The position numbers were made by a program, and so were the translations under genes. A stretch of DNA of 64,000 nt from an uncultured Nitrospiraceae bacterium (lineage in GTDB: Bacteria > Nitrospirota > Thermodesulfovibrionia > Thermodesulfovibrionales > SM23-35). Numbering within the stretch: position 1 is the first letter of the stretch; each line of letters begins with the position of its first letter. A model generated the notes under the pieces. It saw nothing but the letters and a program-made list of their open reading frames with translations. It searched no databases and had not been told where the DNA came from. Location: assembly GCA_963727775.1 (NCBI GenBank), contig CAVSHB010000001.1, forward strand, positions 736,001 to 800,000. The letters run 5' to 3'. This document shows positions 9,257-21,200 of this stretch, piece after piece.

Positions 9257-10666
9257 ATGAAAAACAGTGATCTATTTGCAGAGGTTACAGATACAGGTAA
9301 TGAGGTAGGATTGCTTCCCTGTGATACCATAGACGTTACCTTTGCGTCGGAGATTGTACTTGCGGATGAGCTTGAAGACCAGATGGATCTTCTGCAGGAC
9401 CTCGGTATTGACGAAGAGGAAATTGAAGAACACGATGTCCTTGAGGAGCCGCTCATAGAAGATAAGAGGGAAGGAAGACAGGAAAAAACAGGAGACCTTG
9501 TCCAGACATATTTTTGCTCGATTAAAGATACTTCAGTTCTTACAAAAGGTGAAGAAACAGCGCTTGCAAAGAGACTGGAAAAAGGTAGACGGGTCATTAA
9601 AGGAATAATTACAAACATGCCTTTATACAAAAAAGTGGAATCTGCTTTAGACGTGCAGGAAGAAGAGAAAGATGAAAAAGCCGATAAGGCACTGGATCTG
9701 AGTTTGAAGGCACTTGAAGACCTCATGGATAAAATAGAGTCAACGGCAAAAAGCGCTGAGGGATACGGAGAAACAAACGGCGCCGGCAGATCAGCTGATG
9801 AAAAGAAAAATGGTAATGGTGTGGTACGGCATATAAGCATAAAAAAAGAGATTGAAGAGAAACGCAGACGAGTCGAAACAGAAATTGGCATGAAGATAGA
9901 GGATTTCAAGTATCTGTGGAGCAGGATTCGGAGAGAGACAGCTGTTATCGCGGACGCCCGGAATGAACTGATAACCCGGAATCTCAGGCTGGTAATTCAT
10001 ATGGCTAAACACTATCTCGGGAAAGGACTCCCTTTGCTCGACCTTATTCAGGAAGGTAATATAGGCCTTATGAAGGCCGTCGACAGATTCAAACATGAAA
10101 AGGGCTGCAAGTTCAGCACATACGCAAAGTGGTGGATCAAACAGGCGATAGCAAGGGCCGTCATAAACCAGGCTAAAACCATCAGAGTTCCCATTCATGT
10201 TATGGATTATTACCGGACCCTTACCCAAACATCCAGGGAATTAACCCAGCGGCTTGGAAGGGAGCCTGAGTATGAGGAAATTGCTCAGGAGTTAGGGATA
10301 ACCTCAAAAAAGGTTGAAGAACATTTTAAAGTCATGCAAAAGACCATATCACTTCAAAACGGGATAGGAGATGAAGATTCAAAGCTCGAAGATTTTATTG
10401 AGGACCGGAGCACACCTACACCCGAAGCCTGTTTTGAAGAAAAAGAAATAAGTGAAAAGATCTCCAAAATATTAAAAACTCTTACAAGGAGAGAAGAGAA
10501 AATAATAAGGATGAGATTCGGTATCGGAGTAAAGAAGGACTACACACTTGAAGAAATAGGGAAGCAGTTTTTTATCACACGCGAGGGGGTCAGGCAGTTA
10601 GAGGTAAAAGCACTGAGGAGACTCAGGCATCCGAGCAGGCAAATGGTGTTCAAGGCTTTGACTTAG
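9257..10666 (+). CDS. RpoD-like sigma70-family RNA polymerase sigma factor (paralog)
   Basis: Regions 1.2 (DLVQTYF), 2 ([40 protein letters not shown]), 3 and 4 ([28 protein letters not shown]); SD GGAGG before ATG 9257. Confidence 0.93.
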   Translation: MKNSDLFAEVTDTGNEVGLLPCDTIDVTFASEIVLADELEDQMDLLQDLGIDEEEIEEHDVLEEPLIEDKREGRQEKTGDLVQTYFCSIKDTSVLTKGEETALAKRLEKGRRVIKGIITNMPLYKKVESALDVQEEEKDEKADKALDLSLKALEDLMDKIESTAKSAEGYGETNGAGRSADEKKNGNGVVRHISIKKEIEEKRRRVETEIGMKIEDFKYLWSRIRRETAVIADARNELITRNLRLVIHMAKHYLGKGLPLLDLIQEGNIGLMKAVDRFKHEKGCKFSTYAKWWIKQAIARAVINQAKTIRVPIHVMDYYRTLTQTSRELTQRLGREPEYEEIAQELGITSKKVEEHFKVMQKTISLQNGIGDEDSKLEDFIEDRSTPTPEACFEEKEISEKISKILKTLTRREEKIIRMRFGIGVKKDYTLEEIGKQFFITREGVRQLEVKALRRLRHPSRQMVFKALT

Positions 10667-10969
10667 GATCGATAACCTTTCTCAATCCTAAGTTGATCTT
10701 ATCTTTTGAAAGTTAATTGTTTTCAATACCTCTTCAATTTCTTTTCTTACAGAAATCCATATCGGATGGATCCTGCACGTTTTGCTCAGGTCGCAACTTC
10801 TTTATGTAGCGCCACTATAAAACTTATTGATTTATTGTGGAAGTTTTTAAAAAGTCATGAAGTAATATTCGGGTAATTTTCTTGTCCTTGAGGAAATATG
10901 GGATTATTCATTCATCAGCAGATTTACGCTAAAATAGAGGGACACAAAATTCGGCTGAGAGGAGATACT

Positions 10970-12229
10970 GTGAAAATATACGCTGTTATTGTTCTGTTCC
11001 TTTACTTGTTTAAGGAAGGTTTTGAATATTCCATGCAATATCTCAATCTCAGATACATGAAGAGCTTCGGTTTATCCGTACCTCCGGAATTTGAAGGGCA
11101 TATAGACGAAAGCCTGCTGAAAAAGACGCTGGCTTATGAAGTGGAAAAGACCGGGTTCAGTCTTATTTCATCAATGTTCGGCAATGTGATCACGATCTTA
11201 TTCTTCTTCGGAGGAATTCTGGATATGTATAATTCGTGGGATGTATCCTTAAACTTGTCATTTATATTATCAGGTATAATATTTTCCATACTTTTGAGCT
11301 ATGCGAGCACTCTGCTTTCAGTACCGTTAGACCTTTACAATACATTTAAAATCGAAAACAAATACGGGTTTAATACAATGACGCCGAAATTGTGGACAGC
11401 CGATTTCTTTAAATCCCTTTTCCTTTCAACCGTTCTTACAGTCATTTTGGTTTCGATAGGTTTGTGGTTGGTCCAATCAACCCTGAATTACTGGTGGATA
11501 TGGGTCTGGGGATTTTTCCTTGTCTTCAGTCTGTTCATGATGTATATTTCGCCCTATGTCATTGAACCGCTATTCAATAAATTCACGCCGATTGAAGAAA
11601 AAGGGCTGGAAGATAAAATCAAAGACCTTATGCAGAAAGCAGACATAAAGATAAGCCGGGTTTTCAGGATGGATGCGTCCAAAAGGAGCCGGCATACCAA
11701 CGCATATTTTTCAGGAATAGGCAGGGTGAAAAGGATAATTCTTTATGATACCCTACTTGAAAGAATGGATGAAGCTGAGATACTTTCGGTACTGGCGCAC
11801 GAAGCGGGCCACTGGAAGAAAAAGCATGTTTTGAAAATGATCATCATCATGGAGATTGTTTCTTTGGCCGGGATTTATATTTCTTTCAGGGTCCTTCATA
11901 CAGATTTTCTCGCGGATCTCTTCAACATCAAGCAGGGGACCTTCTTTGCCAAGATAGTTATCCTTGGTTTTATCGGAGGTATTGTTTCTTTGCCGTTTAT
12001 TCCTTTGGGCAGCTATATTTCAAGACGGTTCGAAAACGAGGCAGACAGGTTTGCATGTCAGCTTACCGAAAATGCGGAGGCAATGGCGAGTGCGCTGATA
12101 AAACTCTCAAAAGATAACCTCTCAAATCTCCATCCCCATCCCTTGTATGCAGCGTTTTATTATTCCCATCCGCCTGTTCTGCAGAGGATAAGGAATATAA
12201 GAAAACAATTAAATCTTCACGGAATTTAA
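10970..12229 (+). CDS. M48 family (Ste24-like) membrane zinc metallopeptidase
   Basis: NAYFSG, LAHEAGH zinc motif, EAD, SHPP; GTG 10970 after SD AGGAG. Confidence 0.93.
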   Translation: MKIYAVIVLFLYLFKEGFEYSMQYLNLRYMKSFGLSVPPEFEGHIDESLLKKTLAYEVEKTGFSLISSMFGNVITILFFFGGILDMYNSWDVSLNLSFILSGIIFSILLSYASTLLSVPLDLYNTFKIENKYGFNTMTPKLWTADFFKSLFLSTVLTVILVSIGLWLVQSTLNYWWIWVWGFFLVFSLFMMYISPYVIEPLFNKFTPIEEKGLEDKIKDLMQKADIKISRVFRMDASKRSRHTNAYFSGIGRVKRIILYDTLLERMDEAEILSVLAHEAGHWKKKHVLKMIIIMEIVSLAGIYISFRVLHTDFLADLFNIKQGTFFAKIVILGFIGGIVSLPFIPLGSYISRRFENEADRFACQLTENAEAMASALIKLSKDNLSNLHPHPLYAAFYYSHPPVLQRIRNIRKQLNLHGI

Positions 12230-12255
12230 AGCCGCTCGAAACTGCGGCTCTATTA

Positions 12256-12741
12256 TTAATAAAATCTGTTTCTGAAAACAGCGCCGTATATTTTTGATTT
12301 TCCAAGACTGATTACGGCCAGGGTATAATTGACGGTTTTCCAAAGGCCTGATCGCATATTTATAAACCTTATTCTGTCTCCTGTAATTTTCTTTTCAATC
12401 ACGCAAACCTTTCCGATAATATTATGTTCTGATACGGGCTCGTCCATGCTCAGGAGGGCGTCGCCTTTTGTTTGAAAGATATGGATATTACTATTAAATC
12501 GTTTTCCGACAATCCTGTGTATTAAAGGCAAGCCGTCATGGGTTTTGAAGAATATCAGGTCTCCTGTCCGCAAAGAACAGGAAGGGACTTTTTGTATGAT
12601 CAGTATTTCTCCTCCCCGCAGGAAAGGGGACATGCTTCTGCCTGTTGCCTTAACGCGGAGACTAAGCCCGCTGTTCAGTATATCTTCAAAAAGCTTAAAT
12701 TCCCGAGGCGCTGATATTTCCGGTTCCAAGATGAAATCCAT
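12256..12741 (-). CDS. S26/S24 signal-peptidase-like protein
   Basis: G.SM.P catalytic Ser motif, GDL, IHRIV, TKGD; last gene of the radical SAM operon. Confidence 0.85.
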   Translation of the reverse strand: MDFILEPEISAPREFKLFEDILNSGLSLRVKATGRSMSPFLRGGEILIIQKVPSCSLRTGDLIFFKTHDGLPLIHRIVGKRFNSNIHIFQTKGDALLSMDEPVSEHNIIGKVCVIEKKITGDRIRFINMRSGLWKTVNYTLAVISLGKSKIYGAVFRNRFY

Positions 12742-12745
12742 TTTT

Positions 12746-13651
12746 CTATCCTGTAATAAATTTTTCGAATAAATCCGCTATTCCGGTATCAGGCTTAAAA
12801 TACAGTTCATATGCAGGAATTCCGGAAGTCAGGTTTTCACACACAACGAGAATATTAGTCATTATTTCCCTGTCATACCATGGTATGGATACAACAGGCA
12901 ATAATTTTTCCAGTGCTTTCTGAGTGCTGATTTCGGATATCCTGTTATAATCACCGTGTGATATGAAAAAAATGCCCGCAAGCGGGACGTTTTTATTGAT
13001 CGCTATTTTTCCTTCTCCCGGCCACGGCGTCCCGAATGCTTTAAAAGCAGTGTCTGTTTTTCTGACGGCAATACGGTCGTCACTGAGAATCTCCAAATAT
13101 TGTAAGGCAGCGAATTGTTTTGACAGAGTGCTTTTGCCTGCCCCCGACTTCCCGGGAAATATATATCCTTTTCCATATACGTTAGCGCCGGCGGCATGGA
13201 CCAGAGCGCCATCTCTGTGAGCTAAAAAATACATAAGTATAATCTGATCAAGAGGATAACAAAAAGGGCTCGAAACCTCAGTATTGTGATTTGTCTTTTT
13301 GATAAGTCTTTCGCCGCAATAAACAGTGATGTCGGTAAAGTTATGATTGGCTCTCGCTAAAAAAAGTGGGTTATTTTCAGCCCCTGTTTGTCTGAACTCG
13401 ATATAATAACCATTGTCATTACGGTACATTGACCATGACTCGCTGCTGTCGAATTCTTTTGAGAGACTGCCGGTCTGAGGGAGATTTCCTAATTCAAGGT
13501 TGATTTTTATATCTGCCGAGAATGTTAGGGGGTCTTTAATGGTTTTTAAAAATGCCTTGTAAGATGGATCATGATAAGGAAGAATAATTGCATCTGTACA
13601 GCGAACGGCAATATTGATGTCGGCAATTTCAAGGTTCATCAAATTTGCCAT
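12746..13651 (-). CDS. HPr kinase-like P-loop protein of peptide-modification cluster
   Basis: VHAAG, Walker A GKSGAGKST, LSDD, GTPW. Confidence 0.8.
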   Translation of the reverse strand: MANLMNLEIADINIAVRCTDAIILPYHDPSYKAFLKTIKDPLTFSADIKINLELGNLPQTGSLSKEFDSSESWSMYRNDNGYYIEFRQTGAENNPLFLARANHNFTDITVYCGERLIKKTNHNTEVSSPFCYPLDQIILMYFLAHRDGALVHAAGANVYGKGYIFPGKSGAGKSTLSKQFAALQYLEILSDDRIAVRKTDTAFKAFGTPWPGEGKIAINKNVPLAGIFFISHGDYNRISEISTQKALEKLLPVVSIPWYDREIMTNILVVCENLTSGIPAYELYFKPDTGIADLFEKFITG

Positions 13652-13683
13652 CTGGTGTTTTTGTCAGAAAAACGGCCGGTCTG

Positions 13684-13860
13684 TCAAGACCCTTTTTTTG
13701 ATGAACAAACTCCCGTCAGACATCCATTACCGGCAACGTTCGGATCGGAAAACTTTGTTTTACAGCCCACAGCCAGTACTTCTTCCGCAGCCAGTTCTAT
13801 TGCCCTCAGCTTCGGTTTTTCATAGACCTGCGTGCCTTTTTTGTCTTTTTCCTGCTGCAT
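13684..13860 (-). CDS. Putative RiPP precursor peptide, 58 aa (MQQEKDKKGTQVYEKPKLRAIELAAEEVLAVGCKTKFSDPNVAGNGCLTGVCSSKKGS)
   Basis: SD AAGGAG before ATG 13860; YxxPxL RRE-recognition motif; 3-Cys C-terminal core; lies between the radical SAM and kinase genes. Confidence 0.85.
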   Translation of the reverse strand: MQQEKDKKGTQVYEKPKLRAIELAAEEVLAVGCKTKFSDPNVAGNGCLTGVCSSKKGS

Positions 13861-13870
13861 TCTTAACTCC

Positions 13871-14953
13871 TTATACAACGCCTTTATTGATGAGTTGTAA
13901 CCTGCAACGGCCCATAGAGCAGAGATATTCAGAATAAATATCTTCCGCGCCGTTTTCCCATTTGAAAAAAGCCGGGCAAAAACCACATATGTGGTAACTT
14001 TCACATTTATTGCAACCGGCTATGTTGTCCGTTTTCCTGTCTCTTATGCCTGATATGATACCATACCAGCCTGATTCGAAACTACCCGATGAAAGGTTGT
14101 GTTGTATAAAATTTGTCATAATGCATGGCTGAAGATTGCCGTATGGGTCGATGTGGAATCCGGTGAGCCCCGCTCCGCAGTTGTAAAGCTTATTGTTCGG
14201 TAATTTCTCTTGAGACCTTTGGAAATACTTTACCCATTGCTGTGCTCTTTCAGCATCCAAAAATTCCTTTTCTATGGCCTCCGCTGCTGAAACTCTCAAA
14301 CTAATTGGAGATTTATCGCCGTTTATGCGCGGGAATATTGCAGCGTCAAAACGGAATTTTACGCCGAAGTTTTTTGCTATACCTTCGATATCGAAAAATT
14401 CGTGCCGGTTAAAGGTCATGAGGATAGTTTTCAATCCCACGGGTATTTTTCGTTCCACGAGCTTTGTGATGGCGTTTAAGCATTTTTCATAAGAACCGGG
14501 CACGCCTGTGATTTTTTCGTATGTAGAGGCAGTTGCTCCGTAAAGACTAATCTCAACGAGCTGGGGGGGCATATCCTCAAAAAGTTCAAGTATCCCGTCG
14601 GTGATCAAAGTCCCGTTTGTAAAAACAGTGATAACAAGGCCGCGTTTTTTTGCGTGGCTGTAAATCTCCGGGAAATCCTTCCTCAACAAAGGTTCGCCGC
14701 CTGTGATCAGGAGATAGAGGCATCCAGCTTCGGTAATTTCATCAATGAGGTCCAATATGCGGCCGGCGCTCATCTCATTGTGGTAGTTTATATGGCGCTC
14801 AGAATTGCCGGAAAGATAACAGTGCACACACCTGAGGTTACAGCGGTGGGTCAGATCGATGCTGCCGGAAATAGGTATGCGCAGGCGTTCTGTCTTCTCA
14901 TTAAACGCCCGGATGAAGTCCAGATCACTTTTCCATTTTTCTTCGCATTGCAT
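13871..14953 (-). CDS. Radical SAM/SPASM domain peptide maturase
   Basis: CNLRCVHC, ITGGEP, SPASM CGAG...IDPYGNLQPC...CNKC....ICGFCPA...C. Confidence 0.93.
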   Translation of the reverse strand: MQCEEKWKSDLDFIRAFNEKTERLRIPISGSIDLTHRCNLRCVHCYLSGNSERHINYHNEMSAGRILDLIDEITEAGCLYLLITGGEPLLRKDFPEIYSHAKKRGLVITVFTNGTLITDGILELFEDMPPQLVEISLYGATASTYEKITGVPGSYEKCLNAITKLVERKIPVGLKTILMTFNRHEFFDIEGIAKNFGVKFRFDAAIFPRINGDKSPISLRVSAAEAIEKEFLDAERAQQWVKYFQRSQEKLPNNKLYNCGAGLTGFHIDPYGNLQPCIMTNFIQHNLSSGSFESGWYGIISGIRDRKTDNIAGCNKCESYHICGFCPAFFKWENGAEDIYSEYLCSMGRCRLQLINKGVV

Positions 14954-14957
14954 TCAG

Positions 14958-15248
14958 TTACTCTCTGATTAACTCTGCTTCCAGAAGCTCGGCAATAAAT
15001 TCGCTGATATCGGCGTCTGCCCTTTCTTTTTCAACATCAAACTGTGCAAGTATCCCTTTGCGTATTTCATTAAGGCTTTGCTTATCGATCTGCTGCCATA
15101 CATATTCGGCAACAGGATTTAGAGTGAATATCCTTTGCATGTCGGCTACCTTCCCCCTAATCGGAACAAGGAAAAGCTCGCCTGCAATCTTGCGTGTGAC
15201 GATATCTTCATTGCGTCTATAAATCTTCTCTCCTATGTTGTCGCTCAT
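14958..15248 (-). CDS. PqqD-family RiPP recognition element (RRE)
   Basis: R.IAGE..LVP, LN.VA..VW, DI..F..EL....LI; 96 aa. Confidence 0.92.
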   Translation of the reverse strand: MSDNIGEKIYRRNEDIVTRKIAGELFLVPIRGKVADMQRIFTLNPVAEYVWQQIDKQSLNEIRKGILAQFDVEKERADADISEFIAELLEAELIRE

Positions 15249-15256
15249 ATCTTCAT

Positions 15257-18200
15257 CTACCTCAGTTTCAAAGCAGGGTCGCCGAGGAGGTTATAGATAT
15301 CCATCATGAAGTCCTGGCCGCCTGCTTTGTTAAAGCCGTTAAGCGCCTTAAGGATAACGTCGCCGAGCACCGCTTTTTTGGCTTTGAACCCCGCCTTGAA
15401 GAACTCTTCATCGAGTATCAGGGCCTCTGAGTCGAATGACATCCCCGTGGGAGACCAGACAGCCGCCGCCCCGCCGCCGTTTTGCAGCACCAGCACTTCG
15501 CTCAGTGAGTTATAACCCGGTATGCCATACTCTCCCACAACACACGTCATGGCCGCCATTACAGGCAGTTTCGTGCTGTTGGTCATGTGGAAAACAACAT
15601 CGTCTTCTGTGAGAACGGGTTGCATGGCAAGGTGGTCTACCCCTCCGTGCCCTATGTAGTTTAAGAACACGATCCCCTTATTATTTATCCAGTCCATGAG
15701 CGTGTCGTGAGCTGTACCGACAGGCTGCCCGGCCAGGTAGATTGTCTCTGCGCTGTAGCTTTTAGTTAATAGAGCTAACACAGCATTGCTGTCCTTCGTG
15801 AAAGCCCCCGCGTCATCGGGCACATCGGCCAGCATGATGACCTTATTGCCGGTAGCGCCCTCGTATACGGCGATCTTGTTGATTACATTTGTCAGGTCCG
15901 AGGCTGTCAGCACAGGCAGCCTGCCTATGGCGATCCTCGGGACATGATCGTTTTCCACCTCTGCAAAGAGGTTGTCCGAAGGATAAACTCCAGATGGTGT
16001 GGAGGTCATAAGCGTCGGGATCAGGTTATCATTCTTGCCAAGGTTGTTTTTGTAGTCAAATGTGCCGTTGCCTGCGAGAACTACGTAACCGGGCGCTTTT
16101 TTCCAGCTATGATAGGCGTAGCTGAGAAAGTCTCTGATCGCCTCCGGACTGTATATGCCGTAATTGAATTCATTGAGGATCTCTTCAAGCAATACGGTTT
16201 GAACGGTAAGCCCCTGGTTGCTCCGGTAGGCGGCCAGTGTATTTGCCGCGTCACTGAGCTCGGCCGTGGTAATGATGATATAGTCTGCCTTGTTTTTATT
16301 GTCTTTGAGCCAGGGAACTGTGCCAGCCCTGACATTTGCCGTCGGAATAGGAATAACAGCGTCCTGCTTTAAGGCCAGATAAACGGCACCAGACGATGCG
16401 GGATTGAAGCTTAGGGCATAACCGCCGCCTGTAGAGGTTATCTTCGCGGCTGTTACGTTCCTGGGGTTCAGAGGGTCTGTGATATCGAAAAGCGATAAGT
16501 CAGGTCCTGTGAACCCGGTAATGGTCACCACCGGGTTTGTATTGTCGTGGCAGACCAGACTGTTGTTTGTGGCATGGTAAAGCCTCTGGTATGTCAGGTC
16601 GAATGAGTTTAAATAGAAGATGCTGTAATCCGTGTCCGGATTATCCAGCAAGCCTGTGATTTCAACTGTATTGCTGCCTTCATAAAGCTGGCCGGGACTG
16701 TAATTAATGGTGATTGTTTTGGGGTTCGGGCCGTACCATACTTTATCTGCTGTATCGGCTATCTGTGTGCCGTTGAGTTTGAATGAAGCATGGTGTTTGG
16801 TATTGGTGAACCCCTGCAGGTTTATACTCAGGCTGCCTGAGGCATTGGCCACACCGTTTGCCTGGATTGTGAAGGTCTTGACGCCATCGTCAGGGTCTCC
16901 GGCTACAATATAGTCCCAGAACCAGTAGTCTGATTCAGGGTCAGTGGTTATGACCGGCACTATGATGTTGTCCTGCTCCACATGGATAGTCTCTGTAAAG
17001 GTGTTATTTCCGGCAACGGGCTGGGGTCCTTTGCCTTTTACATTGACCATCTGAACTCCGTTACCCACGGCTAACCAGTAGATGTTTTCGTCTGTATAGT
17101 TATCATTGCTTATGCCTGTGCCGTAAAACAGTATGCCTGCGTTTCCGGCGTCGGGCATATAGGCTGCTTTTTGGTCTTTGTTCGTCAGCTGCAATCCATT
17201 GTTTTTTATCAGCTGTATTATTTTTTGCTCTGATATCCCCAATAGTGTTGCTATGGTCGAGGACGACAGAGAATAAAGACCATTTGTGCTTACGGGTATC
17301 TTTATCGATGTCCCGGTCTGTATCGAAGCGCTTCCGGTGCTTGCCGCTAAAGCTCTTATATGCACTGCCTGGGTTGCTTTGGGGACTGTGTTCTCTTTGG
17401 CCTTCCTTACATAGTTGGAATAAAGGTCCTGACCTGAATCGACGGTTGTTTTGTACGGGTCGTTACGGACGCTTATGTTGGAACTTCCGTCTGAGGCAAA
17501 AGACCTGACTACTGTGTTTGTAGATACCTTCGGAGGATTAAGCAATAGCTCGGGGTTTATCGCATTTGACCTGCCAAGGTTATTGATAGCGGTACCTGTT
17601 GTGCTAACAGTGAACGGTCCGTGTATGTTCTTTGCGCCGCCGGCTTCTACTTCCATGAGTAAGTAGGTGTAGCTTTGCTCCGGAGATGCCCCCTTGTCGA
17701 TAAGGCTGTAGGTGCCTCCCTGTAACGATGTAAGCAATGCAGGCAAAAGCCTCCGGTTTATGCGCTGGTACCCTCCGGTTGAGGCGTCCTTCCTGAATAG
17801 ATAAAACCCTGCCGTGCCTGACTCTGAGGAGGTTGTCCATTCGATTACCATGCTGCCGTTGTCTTCGTATGCGCGGAAATCAGATAGTACTACATGAGTC
17901 GGAGAGATGCTTGTACAACTCGTATTGTTATTGGAGTTGGAATCAGCTGGTGTGGATGAAGCCAGATTCGCGCAGTTTTGTATGGTCGTTTCCGTCTGCT
18001 GCACAATTGTTGTAAGGGTCAGGGTAACGGAACTCCCCCCCGTGATTGATGATGCTACTGTCCATGTGAGTGTGCCGCCGCCGGTGCTGTTGCAGCCGGA
18101 ACATGTAGCTGTGCCGGCGGTCGCTGTGTATGAGCTATATGCCAGGTTAGCAGGCAATGCGTCTGTAACCTGCGCCGCAGTGACAGTGGTTGTCCCGACA

Positions 18201-21200
18201 TTCTTTAAGGTGATAAGAAAGACAGCATGGCATGTGCCATCTGCATAACAAGGGGCGTCAATGCTCTGCACCGCCTTTGTTACCTGAAGATCGGTCGGAT
18301 AGGTAACAGGATTGCCTACAGATGCTTTAGTTGTGGCCGACTGGGCACTCGATACCGCCGCTTCGTTAAATATCTGAGTGACACCCGATGGCAATGAACT
18401 ATTAACCTGTACTTGGTAGGTTACTGTCATCGATTCGCCCGGGTTTAGAGAAAAGCCGTCAGCAGGCATTAACAGGTTAGGGGATACTCCGTTTGTAAGA
18501 GGGTTCGGATCTCCAACTCTGTTGGTCTTAGTGTCGTATCTAACTGTAAGTCGTTCGTCATTTGCCGAGGACCGGCTGTTTATGGCGGCTGTCTGATTAG
18601 CACCAGCTGTTCCTATAAGTATCACGCCGTGGTTATTGGCAGGGGTAGTTACCCAATTCTGAACGCTAGTAAGAAGATTGGCGGTATTTATCCCACGATA
18701 ACCGACAGGGCTTACAATGAACGACCCAAGAAGAGTAGGACTGTAATCTCCTCCTCCAGTGGTCCAGGTATTCGCACAGTTGTACTGATTCCAGGTTGCG
18801 CCATTACCGGTTCCTGCGCTGCAGACAGCACCAGGGTTTCTTGTGCCTTCATTCCAGTCACGGGTCAGGCCATATGCGTTGGCCGTAAGGTTTGCGTTGG
18901 CAGTTGAAACGTTAAATTCCATCAATGCGGACCCAACCCTTGCCGTAGAAAGAATGGATGATAGATCGAACTGCACGAGCGGCTGCCTCATCCTGCCGGC
19001 TCTGTACTGAATACTCATCGGTTCCACGCTGCCATAATTGTATGTCGGGTTCTGCTGATCGAGATATGTGTCTTTTACAGCATATAAGATAACTGACGAA
19101 ATTGTATTATTTGAGGGCGCGCCTTTGACAACGGTGCTGTTGTTTACATATGTCGTATAGGTCGGCAGCAAGTCGTAAACGGTTATGCCTGTCTGTGTTG
19201 TTGTGGCGCTATTATTGGTAATCGTGATGGTATAGGTTATAGTGTCTCCCGGGGCCACGTTGCCTGTACCTGCACTGCTGACTTTTGTCACCACCAAGTT
19301 AGAAACAGCAGCGGCGGCAAACCCGAAGTTGTTATTTGGATAAGTCGCATTCAATTGGGTGACAGACACCGTCTTTTGATCGCCCGGGGCAAGGGGCCAG
19401 TCATCGGTGGTCGTCAGCGTCTTGGAGATGAGTGGAGACTGAGTGTCGTCGATGCTCACAAAATACTTTCCGATTGAGGACACCTGGAAACTGTAATATC
19501 CGCCGGAGTCGGTGGTAGTGGTTGCGACAAGTGTATCCGTAGACGGATCGAAGATGTTATTACTGTTTGTATCACTGTACAGCTGAACCGTGACGCCGGA
19601 AATGCCGGCTTCTCCGGTATCCTGGCTTTTGTTGCTGTTCAGGTCGTTCCAGACAAGCCCGGTTATGGCCGATGTGCCCGGCGCGTTATAGCCGAAATCG
19701 GCGGTGAGGTCGCTTGTATTTAGATTGAGGAAAAGGACCGTTCTCTGGGCACCGGCAACCGAAGGCTGGTCGTCATTTGTTGTCAATACCAATCCGCTGA
19801 GAGGTGTCTGGCCATCGTCAATGCTCACAAAAAACCTTCCCTCTTCCGATACCTGAAACATATATTTGCCGTCTGCATCAGTGGTAGTGGTTGCAACAAG
19901 CTGGTCCGTTCCCGTATCGAGCAGTCCGTTCCCATTTGTATCTTTGTAAAGTTTAACGGTCACTCCCGCGATGCCCGGTTCCCCGATCTCCTGGATGCCG
20001 TTCCTGTTATAATCACTCCAAATCGTGTCGCCGATTTTACCCGGAGCGTTGTACCCGAAATTTGTACCGGAAACATTTGCGTTTAATACAGTCACCGCAA
20101 GATTACCCGCTTGCGCGGCAGTGGTAGTGCCGGCAAATCCGATCAGCTTTCCGTTGGCATCCTCAATGCTGATCGTGTAAGATCCGTTCGGGACGCCGGT
20201 GAAAGAGAAATTTCCGTATACATCGCTGGTAGTTACCGCCGCTACTACGTTGCCGGCTTTAAGAAGTGTAATCGTAACGCCTTTAATTCCCGGCTCACCC
20301 GGATCGAGCGCTGCGTTGTCATTTAAATCGAACCATACACGGTCGCTGATTGTATAAAGAGATGGGTTATAGTAACCGAAATCCATCATAACATAGCTGT
20401 TCCCGCCTGTTACGGTTATGGGGGCGCTGTTATTGGCGCCTATGCTCTGCGGTCCGACGGTCGGTGAATATCCTGACAATATTCCGGCGGTATCCGACTT
20501 AACCACATATGTTCCGGGAGAGACATTCGTAAAGAGATATATCCCGAAGGCATTGGTAGTCGCCCAAGCAACATGAACATTGCCGGGAGAGGTCACCAGT
20601 TCCATGGTAACGCCTCCAAGCCCCAATTCGCCCGGTTCCTGGATTCCGTTGTTATTTGCGTCGCTCCAGACGTAGTCGCCTATTATGGCTACATTTGATC
20701 CGGCATTCTTATAGCCAAAGTCGTTATTGAGAAACTGCTCCTGTCCGGTAATCACTATTGGGGAAGTTGGGTTATTGTTCGTGGAGATCGTTAACCCCGG
20801 AGGGAGCGTAGTCTCATCTACATAGACCCTGTATGTTCCCGGGAGGAGGCCGTCAAAGACATATTTCCCGTCTGTACCCGTGCGGGTCTCGAGATCCCCG
20901 GCATCAAAGACCCCGTTATTGTTGGTATCAAGCCACACTCTGACATTATAGAGGCCGGGCTCTCCGGTGTCATGGACCCCGTTAGGGACCGTGTCCAGCC
21001 AGACAAGATCTCCGATAGCACCGCCTGTACTCACCGGATCAATCGTTGTTGAGGAGGCAGGAGGAGCTTTTTCGTAACTCGTTGCGGTCGCCGTGTTCAC
21101 GATCCGTGTCTCATTTATAGGATTCTTGGCCTGGACGGTGTATGTTATCGTCATCGTTTCACCGGCAGCTAGGGCAAAGCCGTCGGCAGGCATGACGAGA

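Noticed and set aside
9034..9909. 291-aa minus-strand ORF
   Set aside because: Antisense shadow of the sigma factor and riboswitch; Ser/Phe-rich composition
12222..12236. GAATTTAAAGCCGCT also found in the 111-bp MITE
   Set aside because: Isolated 15-mer at a stop codon and hairpin with no other MITE sequence; treated as chance
13684..13686. TGA stop of the RiPP precursor as possible Sec
   Set aside because: No convincing SECIS-like hairpin, and read-through would run into the next gene
13861..14004. Extension of the precursor ORF to 106 aa
   Set aside because: Overlaps the radical SAM gene; the SD supports ATG 13860
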